Part shown: piece by piece, positions 1-15,000 of the stretch
Position numbering within the stretch: position 1 is the first letter of the stretch
Layout of the letters: each line of letters starts with the position of its first letter
Origin: Lingula anatina
Lineage: Eukaryota; Animalia; Brachiopoda
Direction of reading: 5' to 3'
Length of the DNA stretch: 64,000 bases
Assembly: GCA_051362555.1 (NCBI GenBank)
Contig: CM120644.1
Location: forward strand, 11,988,567-12,052,566
Made by a program: the position numbers and the translations under genes
The notes under the pieces: generated by a model
Told to the model about the DNA's origin: nothing
Seen by the model: only the letters and a program-made list of their open reading frames with translations
Databases searched by the model: none

Positions 1-714
1 TCATCATCTGGCAAAAATTTATTCTGATAAAGTGAGTCCCTTTGGTAACTGTTAAGTACTACTCACAGTATGAATAATGACGTCATGGCAATATGACACC
101 TGTATCGTGACACATGCTAAACCAAGAATTTGACTAATTTTTAACAAGGAGAATTAGGCACTGAACCAGCAATTACAAAGATGAGAGGGGAGGGGTCTTT
201 TTCTGAATAAGTGGACCTTTTTATCCCCTTAGTTGACTGAACTTGGGATAACCCCCCCCCCCCCCCTTCTGAAAAACTTAATAGTGAGGGAAAAGAGAAA
301 TGTCTTTAAATGATGGACATAGCTTACAACTTCTGTGGCCAGAACATCAGTAAAAATATCTAGTCGAATTTTCATTTACGCATATATGCTATACTATTCT
401 GGGTCATCCTAACTTAGGCACTACAACTATTAATTATTCTAACAACACTAATTTTGCCATTGAATAGGATGGATATGCTTATTTCAAATAAATTGCATCT
501 GACCTCCAAGATGTTAAGATCAATGAGGCTGTCGACCTTCAGCATTTAATTTATATGCAGATCAATATTATGATCTATGAATAAATCATGCCATTATTAG
601 GCTGGTATAAGAGATAAATGTAGTACCAATTTATATGGCAAAATAATATGGGCCCTCTCTAGCCCTGTCTCTCTTGCTCTCTCCCATTTTCTTGTCCTAC
701 CTTGCCTACCCCAG

Positions 715-746
<32 letters not shown>

Positions 747-1301
747 CAGACAGGCATGTCATGGATTCCTGTATCAAGGTATGCTATATTTATGCACAGG
801 CATAGGTGTACCATTCCACCTCCACCAACATCCTCAATTATTTCAAACAAGGGCTTATGCAGCAGTTAACAGCACTCACTAGAGTCCTTGCATAGGATTT
901 ATTAACACTTGATTTACTATAGAGGGGTGACAGTGATACTTGTGTACAGCTTAATTAACAGTTGAGTCTGGTACATCACTAGTATGGCTATATAGCCTAC
1001 TGTGGTTATCCATTAATTTAAGAGACAGGGACTCCAGTAAATGAGAGTTTTTCAATATCTCATTAGATTTTCTGCTTAGGTAAACACTGCTTTAACAAAT
1101 AAGTCAAAGTCACTTTGTGAAAAACAATGAACTGTTATCAATTTATTCTTTCACTTTGCTTTAGATTTTAATTATTTAGGGGGCATAAGATGGGTCTTTA
1201 CATTAGAAATGTCTTAGAAAGTTTGCTGGTAATAGCTTTGGAAATGTAGGTGACAGATGACAGGTGACAGATGACAAGTGACCTGTCTGGCAGACACTTA
1301 C

Positions 1302-1478
1302 CCTATACAACAGGCACATGCCTTGGTAAGTTTGTTACTCAGTTTGCTAAGAGACTTGGCATAGCTACTCTCTAGCTCAGCTCTGAAAGAGAGAAAAGAT
1401 TTATAAAACACTTTAGATTGGTCATGAATTCTTGATCATGGTAAAAGATGTGTTCCTGCATGTAATTGTGTGCTCAAG

Positions 1479-1568
<90 letters not shown>

Positions 1569-4500
1569 AGCACATGCTTGTGCATCCATGATCTTAAAAG
1601 CCTGCAATCATATCTATGCAAGTATGCTTTTGCTTATAACTGCTGGACATTAACAATCTATCTGTCTGTTACAATTTGCCTTCTGTTAGTCTGTCTGTCA
1701 GTCAGTCAATTTCTCATCTCTCCCTCTCTCTCATGGGACTTCATTCCAAGATGTCTTACCTCTCCTGTACAATGGCTGCCACCTCTCGACTAAACTCATT
1801 GCCTTGTTTGATGTGTTTCCTAAGTTCTTCAAAGCCATTCAGACCCTAAAATGATAAATCAAAATAGCTTTGTTAGAAAATTCTCTTTTTTCTATTGTGA
1901 CAAAAAGCCAAATGATCCCCAATACATATTTTACTGTACTAGTACTATCAAAATAAACTATAAATAATTCAAATTCTGTTTAAGTTCAATCATTCAAAAA
2001 AATATTTTAAAACCATTTTCCTTATCATAGAAGTTACTGAAATTTTATATTATCATTTCTGATTTTCCATTACCAAAAAAAAAAAAAAAAAAATGTTCCA
2101 GACATCATAAAAGTCATATTTTAATCAACGATTAATGCAACCTCCCCATATAAATACAGGTGCCAAGCAAGAGCACTTGGACTATCATAAATAACCACAA
2201 ATGACCTCAGGAAATACCCTTTAGGACTTAATTCTGACACTTCTATGTGTAAATCAGGCATAGAAAGGAGCCAGTGCTTATATTTTTCCCCCACATCCTG
2301 TTCTCAATGTGATTTCTACTCCAATGACCCCATGCAGATTATGCCTACTGGCACTTATTTGTAAACCTAATTTTGGCATAATGTGAGATGAAAAAGAATT
2401 TTGCATTTTAACCTTTTTATATGTTCATACAAACACTCATGAATACAAATTTAAAGAAAGGGAAGAGGCCCGGACTTCCCATGCCTATGAACATAGTACA
2501 ATAATCTTTAGCAATTTAAGTCAATAATTCACTCAGCCAGGCCTATAAATGGAATCTTATGTATAACTGACTGATAGTCGAAGTCTGGATTATAACATGT
2601 CTGTAAATTGCCTATATCTATAGTATAAACATTCCAACTAAACTCATATTCTATTAACCCTTAAATGTGCATACACACATTCTTAACCTGTGAAGGTGCA
2701 TGCACACACACACATACATACACACGCTCTTTTAATGTGCATGCACGCACACTCTGGGGATTCCCATAAATATAAACGCATGCATGTAAATACTTATACA
2801 TACGCACACACATGAACAACAGACACACAATGAAACTTATCCCGTATCAAAAGTCCGCTCTGATATCATAAAACCAATAAACTATCAATCTCTCTGTACA
2901 CAGTGTTACAATAGAGCCGAAATCTTTCTCTGTGTAGACATAAGATAACACACGCCATGATATCACCTCAGTCACAAACTTCCTGGTAAACATGCGCCAA
3001 AACACTGTCCTCTGATTTAAAGGTACTGCATCTGTTCTAAATAATTAAAGGGATAATAACTCTTCGTATGAGATCTATATTTCACAATAAAAAACATTGT
3101 GAATAACTCATAGAAATATAATATATTCTGTTTTACCACAAAAACGGCAGTTATAGCTATTATTCTGATATCTGAGCTTGTCTTTAGACCATGTGACCTC
3201 CATTGATGGCTATACTCTGCTAAAATCTCTTAAGAGATTTTAACAAAAAACCAAACTTTTTAGAAAAAAGCCAGGGACTAACTTTGAATGTAAAAATGGA
3301 TTCATTAACCATTGGTTAGTATGGGAAAATTGTTGTTTACTCCAGGAAAATTCATTTTTTGGCCGAAACGAAGAGTTATTATCACTTTAAATAAATATTT
3401 TCACAAGACTATGAACTCTGAAGTTCTGCTGAAAGCATCAAATCTGATAGTCAACTGAGATGAGCCTTACCAAATGTATAGATCTATAAAATAGGCCGTC
3501 CCATCTTCACTAGAAACTGACCTTAAATTGCTCCCATTCTAAACAGATCGTGATTATTTTCAGACAGTCACACAATGCACAGAAGTACATATGACCACGC
3601 TCGGCTGTCACCTTGATTGGATAGTAAACGATTGTCGTAAAATCGCTAAATGATATTAAAACCGGGTGCATAAACTTGAAAACCACCTACAACAACCTTG
3701 GACTGCCACATTAATCCAATACAATGCAAACATAAACTATAACAAGTGGTTAAAGCCTTCAAACCGAATGTCGTAAAGTCCCCATATACCTCCATAGAGA
3801 CAATAAAATAGAATGAGCTTCTGAAACAAACCTGATCCAGTTCCAACAGAATAATCGAAATAAAATACTGCCGGGCATCGGAGCGGCCTAAAACTTGGCA
3901 CGCTTACCGCTAATACTGCAGGCTACATCATCCCGTCGCTCGTTTGTAAATTCCGTGCATGGCATACGCACAATCAAACAGTAAAAAACAAATTCTCGGG
4001 GTGTCGTTGGCTAGGTCCACGCAACAATCCAATTCAGGAAATGACGTAACCGCAGAGGTCGCATTGTCCAATGGCATGGCTTCTTTTTCGTAATGGTAGG
4101 TTTTTTACGTAGAAGTTTAAATGTACGCTACATTAGTTGTGACTTGCAGTTGACATTCACCAATTTTATTCACCAAACGATGCTGTTTTACTTGCAAGCT
4201 GCTACTGCTTACCATGCCAATGATTTGATAGTTCAGTTTTGAATTTATTTTAATGCTCCTTTCATGAAAATTTGTAGTGATGTAGATCCTTCAGTTAAAT
4301 TAAAATACTTGTTCTTCAGTGCTGACTGTATTGACTATTGTGCATTTTGTTTCTGTCAAATGGTTTTGCTATAATTTTGTTTTAATAGATATTTGGTAAG
4401 ATGCATATATATATTTATTATTATCATTTTTAATTTAATTTAATTTATTTATCTTTTTATTTATTTATTTTATTTTTATTTTTATTTTTTTTTGCAATCC

Positions 4501-4808
4501 ATGATGTATGGGTGGGGGACAGACCATAACTAAATATAAAAATAAATTTGATTCCTTGATATCAAGACAGCACTGGTATTATGACTTTTATTTATGAAGT
4601 TTGAAAGAACACAACATTCACAAATGTCTTGAATTATTAAATTTAGTTATACATGCACTGTTTTATCATAGTTCTGTCAATTTTATATGGACTGGCTGGT
4701 TTATGGTAGGACGGGTAACTTTCAAGAGTAACCTGTCCTGCTGTCTGGTTGAATTTTAGGAGGAGTTTCCAACCCTGCTATATGCTATGTGTATTCACAG
4801 ATAATAAC

Positions 4809-4873
<65 letters not shown>

Positions 4874-6094
4874 AACCTGTAACTGCTGATGTCCTGGTAT
4901 ACCCATCATTATTCAGACTAAAACAATCAAACAGTTGATAAAATACAGTCGTGTCCTCAACCAGTACTCCAATAATGACAACTGTATAGATCATGTACTA
5001 TATATAAACACATACATATAGGTGATACCGAGGGTATGTTAGGTACATGAACAGCCTTCTCTTTTTTTGAAATCCGCAATAACTCGGTGAAGTACCAGCT
5101 CTCAGTTTACATATAAATCTGTACTACAATGAACTCTTGTGTCTCCATTGATAAACTTTCTAATCCAGATACATATATCCACTCCTTGGCTGATTACTGC
5201 TGCTTATATCTGTATATATACCAATGTACACTTGTGTCTCAATATCAGTTACTAGTAAGAGACTTTCCAATCCAGATATATTCCCATTCCAGTGCTTAGT
5301 ATAGTGTCATTACATCAGTAATGTGGAGGACATTATCCCAAACAGTCACAGTATCACATAGAATGCCTGACTTGATGATAATCCCATTCAAACTCAAATA
5401 AAAAATTTTAAGTTACTAACAATCCTCTCAAAATCTGTCTGGTTCATTCAGCCCTGCTGATCACACTGTATGTGAAGTACATTACTGTCTGTCCAATGAG
5501 TTATCTTGCCAAAACCCCTACAATGTCACTTCCTACTTGGTCTATGGTGTAACCATTAACACCATTCTAACCTATCACTTATACATGTGCAGGGCCCAAT
5601 CCTATCTATGACTAACTTCAATCATGTATGGCTGTACACAAAAGGCTACTTCCTAAAATGTTATTTGTACACGGTAAAGCAATGGAATTGCTACAATCAG
5701 TTTTGAAAAACACTTTTATTTAAATGAATTTATTTTGGTGACTCATGTACTACTGGTATATTCTATAGTGAGTCTGTGACTATGATTTAACAAGTGTGAT
5801 ATATGTACATACATTTAAAGGGCATATCTGACCCAATTAAAAAATACAAAGATTAGAACTCAAAATTGTTTACTAGGGATTTTGGCCTTCCAAGAAAAGT
5901 GGACTATTAATGGCCTTTACAAGAGGAAGTAATTAATTCATTTAAACTATTTACCCAGAGTCACCTTTTCAATGACAAAGAAGTTAAATTGCAATCTTAT
6001 GGGCTTCAACAACATATTTTGTGCACTTTCACATGTCAGAAGCAGACAGCCTTAAAACTTGAAATATTTATCATTCTGCCACATACAAAAAAGC

Positions 6095-6131
<37 letters not shown>

Positions 6132-9060
6132 GACATTTGCCATTTACAATTTTTAAGACAAAATTTGGAAAAGAGGAGACATTTTTTCTTAACCTTAATT
6201 TTTATCATATTTTTATTTAATTATTTTTCCGGGGGGCGGGGGGGCTAGTATATTATCCTTCCCTAAACCTTACACGTTTAGATTCTCTCAAATTTAAAAT
6301 GCGTATCTTAGTCCTGCATCTAAATCTGGTGAGACAAGACCCATTTTCAACTAATTTCTATGTGACACATATATGTCTTTGGTATACATGTGCATTCATG
6401 TGATCAAGCTGCTCTGTGCCAGTGGAAGTCAGGCCGACTAGAACAATAGCATCATTATACACAAACGGTTCATCACGAAAATGTATCTGTGTCATTTTTT
6501 TTTTCTTTTTCGCCTTTCCCATCACTACAGTCAGGTGCTCTATTTCCCTGGGTTTGCCAACACTTTAAAACTTCAACCTATTTTTTTCAACACCAATTAG
6601 ACAATGCATGCAATGTGGACTGTTAAAAAAGAATACACAATGGTCAGTTTCATGCCGGCCACTATACCCAGTGGTTTATTATTTATCACATACTAGTACC
6701 ACGCCCAGTCTCTCCAACAATGTACAAATGTCATGCACCATTCTTGAAAAAAAAAAAGGGTAAAAAAACTTCTTGTTTTTGTGTGTTGCTTTTGAATAAT
6801 AAGTACTGTAATTAATACAAACAGCCACTTTCCAGTCTGGTAAAAATAAATACATATCATTATGTACATTATCTTCAGGAAAAGTCTATAACAAATGTAT
6901 ACATTCTATGCACTTTATTTTCTTCCTTTTCAGGATCCATAATTACTCGACCTGTCCGTCTCAGACCAGATGACCATCATATATGTTATTTATGGACACT
7001 GACCATTACAACTGAAAACTGAAAACACAGCTGCACATAGAACTCTTTCTTTTTTAAAAGTATTTCATAACTTGCTGCTCTAATATACAGTTTGTTCTAT
7101 AAAACATTTGGTCCTAATATCATTAAAAAGTTAATCACTTCATGTTCTTATTTTTCAAAATTTTGGTTCAAATATACGCAAATATAAAATTCCCCATTTT
7201 AATGACATAAGGCATCTTGTGCAAACTTGCATAACAATTTTGACTTCTGTTAACTTTTTACATTTCTAAGAAAACTTTGCCAAAGGTTTGCCGAAAGAAC
7301 TTTTTTCCAATTCAGAACCTTTAAAATTTTGAAGTTTTAAAAAGACACCACTTACCCACTGACACTAAAACACATAGCTTACCCAGGAAATACTAACAAA
7401 TAAAAGAAAATTACTGCAGAGAGAGAGAGAGAGAGAGATCCCACCCTGAAAACGCCCAGCCACCTATCTGCAATCTGGACCAGTTGTGTACAAGACTGCA
7501 CCCTATAATTACTGAAGATACCATCTTGCTGCAGCAAATTGTCTGACTGAGGTAATGTATATATTGGGGCACCAGTAAATATGGTCATTTCTTGTGCCAA
7601 TTTCTGAATGTTTGAATAAACAAATCTCTACAAAGACAACTTTGATTTGAATTCTTGAAAATTTCATTAGCAAATTTAATGCTGGACATGGCTCTGAAAT
7701 CAACTCAGAATTTTTTAGTTAGATATACAATTTTCTCTAAAATTTGATTAACCAGTAGGGATCAGGTAATTATTATTATTATTATTAATGCTAAATAACT
7801 GAATGAATAAAAGATCAGCAATATTTGAAACACTACACCGGTAGTCTGGTATCAAGATTGTCCACCCACAGTTCACCTCCAGATATATTAGATGTATTAG
7901 ATGTAACAACTGACTCACAGTGCTTCACAAGTACTTCTACACCAGAAGATGATTGCATATTGTCACCTGTCTTGGAGTGCCTTACCCCATGCTTCTATTA
8001 ATATACTAGTACCTTGGCAAAAGGACATTATTTGGTTACTGATTACCTGCTTGACAAGTGCAATTAAGGGGACATTACACCCTTAATGAGCAAGATGAGA
8101 TAATCTCTCTCTCTCTCTCTTAAACACACACAAACACTCACACACACACGGTCGTGCATGTACACACACACACACACACATGCACATATACCAAAACATA
8201 CTGAAGTGACTGTTTAAATTCTCTGAAGTCCCAAAGTTCTATCATTCCTGTCTACTGGTCTATGTGTTGCCCTATGAAGTAACCCAGACACCCATTATGA
8301 TATATTGTGACTGTCACCAGTGGTCTATCCTGCCCTGTTCTGTGTGACTCAGTCCACCATTATACATAATACAACTCAACCAGAGATGCGCAGTGTTGGT
8401 CTACATCAACCACAAATAGACCATCAGGGTGTATTACACTGTGGGAACAGTGCTTCAAAATCTATCCTTATATTTTATATCGATTATATTAGACAACCAT
8501 GCTATTTATCTGTTTTTGATACTAAATCACTCTATTATTTGTGGCTAATTTTTGTTCACCCTCCAAAAAAAAGCAAAATTATGTTTAGAGAATCCTATGC
8601 ACCCATCCGTTTTTATCTTCCTTCTTCTTGCCAGGAACATACGCACACATGCAGGTGTGCAAACACAATGCACACAGACACGAACAATAACACACACACT
8701 AGTAACACCACACAACTAACAAACATATTTACTGTTACAAAACAATGTTTTATATGCATGTGAACACTCTTGAAACACACACACTCACACAAGCAAACCT
8801 ATGCAACTGCTATGTACCATTAGATATATTTTATGATAGACAGGCAGCTGGCAGAGCATGCAGGTGTGTGTGTGCTGTGTGTTAACTCATTACCACTGAT
8901 GCTAAAACAACATTGAACAGCCCACATCATATCCGAGTACATAAGAAACAGTGGAACATCACTAGGTGATAGGAACCTTCTAAACGGTCAACTGAATTAA
9001 GACTCATCACAGATGATACATTTGAATAAAATAATTATTTAAGTTGTACAAATACGTCGG

Positions 9061-9092
<32 letters not shown>

Positions 9093-12000
9093 ACGTGTGT
9101 GCATGCACATGTATGCATGAACATATGTTTGAATGTGTCTTCATCTATATGCTCAAGGATCCGTTTGTACAGACACACATCAGACATCTGGGAGATTGCA
9201 TCTCCATGCCTTTGTCTGTACAGTACGTCTTTGCATGCTGGAACCGATATATACCAGTTAGTGGCCTAAGAAAATGTCCTCATATTAAACTGATTCAGAG
9301 TTCTACCTATGGCTGTTTAACTGTCCACACACTTGACCAAACCCTTACCTGTAGTGCATCCGTGGGAAGCTCCACACTGTTAAATCTTTGGAAAAAAGAC
9401 TCCCTCCTTTTCATAGTCGAAGTCATGATTGTAGATACATATATCTATATACCAGACAGGGAGATCCTAAGTGCTAAGGTATGTTTATAATGAAGGTTAT
9501 TTTCCTTTTCTTTTTTTTTTCCTTACAGATATGTATCTTGTGTGAGTAAGCAGCTAAGATGTTGTTTGTGTTTTCCTATTAACCCTGAGAGACAAATGCA
9601 GAGGAGGAGCTTAATCTGTTCTTCCTTCCTTCTAGTACACAGTGTGTCAAATGTTCATGACTGAGTACCATTTGTTACTCCAAACGTAATCTGTTTTCTC
9701 TTCAACTTGATCCACTTGAAATGGGTTTTTAATAGCTCTTACAATACCAGACAAATAAATAATAATAATAATGCAGGTCTTTGTATTGTTTTTGCTTTTG
9801 ACAAAGAGATAAAATTCTCTAGCTGTTTCAATTTTCTTCTTGAAAGAAGCGAATAGGATTCAGAATTACGCCCAATTATGCACAAATCAGAAAGTAAAAA
9901 ATCCCTCAGCATGTGAAAAGAAAGCTCTAAGAAGCTGCTAAGTTATCTCAGTTGGAAGTCATCCTGAATGAGGTGAAACATACTACACTGTACAACATCA
10001 TAAAAACCCTTATTCCACTTTGCTTCATAAAGCACTATACCTCTCTTACATTCAAATAGCAAGGGTGGTGATGTAAGAAGAGAAGGGCTAGTTTTCATTC
10101 ACTAAAATGAGTCTTTAATGATATAAATCCTCACTCAGGCAAACCTAGTTCATCTATACTGCATGGCAGGCATCTGGAGACCCATATATCAGGGGCGGAT
10201 TTAGGCCGTCTTCTGGGTCTCCTGGAAGACGGTCAGATTTTCAAATTTACATTGTCAGCCATCTAATGTTTTCTGTCGGAAGACGGTCAAAAATGGAAGA
10301 TGGATCAACAAAGAAAATTTGGAAGACTGTCAAAAAATATCTCTGGATCCGCCCCTGTATATCATAGTTATCTTTGATATGAACCAGAAGTTCATAAGGA
10401 TGTACTAGTCCTGATGTCCTCCGGGAGTGGTATATATTCCTCTGGCAGATTGATTTCCTTTCTAATAAAAAAAAACGATCATCTGAGACATATACTAATA
10501 TATACTAGACAGTGGGAAATTGTTCCTTGTTCATAGAGATGCAGTTTTCCAAGTATCTTTCTGAAGACATGAAATATTCAACTCCAGTCCTTTATTATTG
10601 GCTATTTCTGAGAGCCCTTGCCATCATAAAACAGTGAAGTAAGAAGATTGAAATTTCTGCTCTGTTCCTCGATGAAAACTACACTACAACATTTTGCCAC
10701 ATCAGACATTCACCCCCAGCTTGTGCAAAGTGAAATTTTCTTAATCCTGTCAATTTTTTCTTATCTTCACTTCATCAATTCATGCTGCAAACAATGAAAA
10801 CTGATATAATTTCCAAGAATTTCCCAAGAGATGACGCAGAATCCAAATAACCTTAGGCTCCAAGTACTCTGCTTTGCTATTTATTCACTATTCACTGATC
10901 CTGAGCGACTCCACAGGGATGGCAAATGTTTGCCTCTAAAATTTACGTCTTCTCAGTCTTCTGTGTTAAGAAAAATCTACAAATCCATATCAAAAACTAC
11001 CAAGCATCCAGTAGCTCTTCATTTCCTTTTCTTCATTTGGAAACAATTTGCATTTTCATACACCCTCCAAATATTCTGTCTCTCTCTCCCTTTCTCTCTA
11101 CATGTAATATTATTATATTAGCTGCCTCCACATTATTTGGAAGGTGAACTATTTGGCAAGACCTCACTCTAGTACCCTGGTGCTATGTGAACACCTGGCT
11201 GACGCTCAATCATAACACACGAGGTATTATCATTAATATAAGCTCTGTAGAAAAAACAAAGATGTTATCATCTCCCTGCTAGTTCCTGTGGTCAACGTTT
11301 GTGATCCTACATGTAAGTCCACTGCCAGATGTTCTGGAGATTTCAGAAATATGTGTCATTGAAAGTCTGTTAAATCTGTTAACACTGATGGAATAATATT
11401 TGTATCGTTTTGAAGTACTTCTCAACAGTCCTATGAGAGGTAATTGCGCAACCTAAAAGCCTGGAAAAACTCCAGTGTCGGAAATGGTTTTTGGTGTTTG
11501 TTTCTTAAGAGGAAATGTTCACACTCTTTTCTTGAAGGTTTTTTCCAATAAGTTTGCAATTAAGTTATTAAGTCAAAAGCACATTGTCTAAAAGAATTTT
11601 TTTTCATTCACTTTTGTGACGAAAAAAAAAAATATCCACCTGTATTAGCTATCTTCTTGTATGATAAAATATGTTCAATCTGATCCTTGACTTTCTTCTA
11701 GATGCAATGATTAATGCTTGAATAAGAAATCATATAAAGCCACAATTATGTAGATCCTTGTTACACTTTCATTTCCGTTACAAGCAAAATATCCCACAGA
11801 AGATTAAGTCTTTCAAAAAAAAAAAAAAATGTCCCAGCCAACAATTAACAGTCAAAAAATAAAACTTAATCAGCAAACCATTAAAATCCATGCTCTGCGA
11901 CCAACTTCAGACCAGTTAATGGTCAGTACATGTCCACAAATCTACTGTATTTGACCACTGGTCACAACACCTGTCCTTTCACTATCTGTCCCCTATCTAT

Positions 12001-15000
12001 GTACCTGCTGCAATCTGTCCACTCTATATTCATGGTGCATTAGTATTAGTTCATCTGCAGACAGCTTGTAACTAACGCCCTCTAGTGACAGATCTGCTTC
12101 ATCAAGACAATCCAACCCAAAACCTTGTATACAGATTTGGGGACCTGTTTCATCAAGTATATGGCAGTCTGTTGGGCACTGGTCATTTAAAAAGTTAATG
12201 AAGTTAAGAAATGAATGGATATCATATAATCTTGCCTACTTACAAATTCTAACTATAAGCAACTACTGACTAAAAGACAAATTGTCCTTAATAAAACAGA
12301 AAATCATCTTATTAAGTAAATTTAAGATATTCTAGTACATGTAAAACAGATAATTAATACATAAGCAGATACAGATGAAAACCTTTTTTGCAAGTGGAAG
12401 TGCTACCAGTGTCAATGACATCTTGTCCATTAAATCAGGTAGACTGCCAAAACTTTCACAACCATCTCTGCTGTTCATCTTCAATGGAATAGTACACACC
12501 CTAGTTATCGAGTTCAAACTCATTTAAAGAGTACCAAAATAGACATCACATACACTTTTTAAAATGGTCTCTCTTTATCTCACCATAAACTTTAACTGTT
12601 TAATTCTGTAACTTTGCAGTATGATTTTCATATCATATTCTGGGTGATGTTTTTATGCAATAAAGAAAATGTTGATTACTAGTAATCTTTCAATTGATAG
12701 ATAGTGGTAGTGTTCCTTACTAAAATTAGAAGTATTTACTTATTTAAATTATTATTATGCAAGTTTAATGCTTTTATCCTTTTTTTATAAAAAAAAAATG
12801 AAATAGAAAGATTTAACGACAGGGGAAAAAACAGCATAGAAAGCAAAAAAATCTTATGTCCAAAATTACACATCAAGAACAGTGCCATATAAAACCAATT
12901 TTCAAAAATCTGAAGGAACTGATCTAGATATTTAATCAAAGGGCATGTCACTGCCAGTATTAATCCTAGCTAATAAACACACCAAAAACCTTTTCATTAA
13001 TCAAATCTCAAATCCCCAGATATTTGAGATGGTGTGTGTGATCACTTCAGCAACCATCGAATTGGAAAATAATTATGTCAATAATTGTCTCCAAACAGGT
13101 AATTCTTTCTCACCTCAAACACCCGTTTTCCTAGTTAAGTTGATATTGAAAAGAAGTTGGAATTCTCAGAGAAATAGCACATGTCAGAGTACGTGCAAAC
13201 ACCAGTGCTGGTAATAAAAAGAAGTCGGATTACAAAGAAGATTGTAATAAGAATATATAATATAATTAAATAAACTATATCAAGATATGTTTCTGTGATT
13301 AATGTACTAAACTCGATGAAAATTGAGAAATATTCCACAAACATGGACTCAGACACTTTATTTTCCTTTCAAAATGAAAACATGTCAGTCAAGAATTGTG
13401 GAGCGGAAATGCATTAATGCATGCATAACTCCTTTATGCCTTGGATGAATATATAATTAATGTTTGGGCTTTTGCACCAAAATATTCTGTTAATTTTTTT
13501 TTTTTTTTTTTTTTTGAAAAAAAAAAAAAAGAGTCAGCTTTTTCCTCAATAAAAAGATAAAGTGGTGGAAAGAAAAGTGATAGGGCTCATACACTTTATT
13601 GCACATAAAAGTTCATTTTTACCTTGGAAGATTATTATTTTTTTAAAGATGAAAGGAAAAAAAAAAACAAGGCGCAGTTTTTTCCTTAATAAAAAGAAAA
13701 AGTGGTGGCAAGGTTATCTTTCCTCTCCTTACTGCATTATTGTATGAATGATAGATGGAATGTCAAAGACGTTCACTCCAACATACTTCTGAGCCAAAAT
13801 GATAATTAATTCATAAATCATGTAGAATTTGAGGTAGACTTAAGCATTTTCCAAGACAACAAATTAAAGGTTCCTATTCAAGGCCTGATGAAATATCGGT
13901 AACTTATTAATGAATAGGTATTTATAGTTCTGTCAGTCTTGTAAGTCCCTGGGCAGCTTAAGCTATTTGCTTGAAACTATGCAAATTGTTTAACTTCATT
14001 TTGGACACTGCTTTATAATTCTGGACAAATGCTCGTGGGCCAGCTCAAGCGAAACATTTGCTGTCAACTATATAATCTCCTTTTCTCAACTTTGATAATT
14101 ATATAAACATTTTTCATTATATTTGTACTTCATTACATATGCATATAAATATTTTCAACCCAACATAGTTACTTGAATGTATGCATACATAAATGCTTTC
14201 AGAAGTTGCTAAGGATTGACATCAAGTTCTTTCTTTTTTAATTATCAAATGAAACCAAAGATTCATTTAATTTCCCAATATATTTTCAGTCGACAAAACT
14301 ACAATTTTTTTGCAATAAAACCATTCATAAAAGCTGACCAGATTTTTACCTTTGCTCGTGTGGTATATAACCAAAGCAGTTACAAGCAGTTATAAACAGA
14401 CAGAAAAAAAGGGGCAGAGATTTGAATTTCAAACTTCATTCATAAACAAAAGCAATAATTTATCATGAATTATATTAAGATTTTGTACAATTGCCTTTAT
14501 TCAGAAACTGATACCCTTATTACATGACTTTAAGGTAAACCACCTTTTAACAAACCATAATGTCCCCTTTATTGTTTTCTTTTACTTGCAAATGTGGATA
14601 AGTTAATCCAAATGCAGGTTAAGTGTTGTGAAAGAGGAAGACATACTCATTTCAACCTCATCTAAGTCAAATTAAGAGGGAATTCATTTCAACCTCATCT
14701 AAGTCAAATTAAGAGGGAATTCGGAACAAGTTGATCTGTGGACTAACAGTTCCTGGATCAAATATGGCCGAGCCACATAAAAGCAGAGCCTACTAATCCG
14801 CTGCTGATCTCTACGCCTCTGCACATGCCGTGAAATGGATTAAATCATGATAACATAAATCAGTAATCCCTTAAGTTCAGGGTGTCTATATTGGCTCACT
14901 TCCCAATGCAGTTACAGTTCTACATAGATCAATCCAACTCTGTGGGGATTCTCGCTGAATGCAATCAGATTAACAGATTAAGGCTTCGTTCACATGCAAT

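Noticed and set aside
7356-7600. Two - strand donors and a 73 aa ORF as another NOSTRIN first exon
   Set aside because: The phase-0 frames have stops and no ATG
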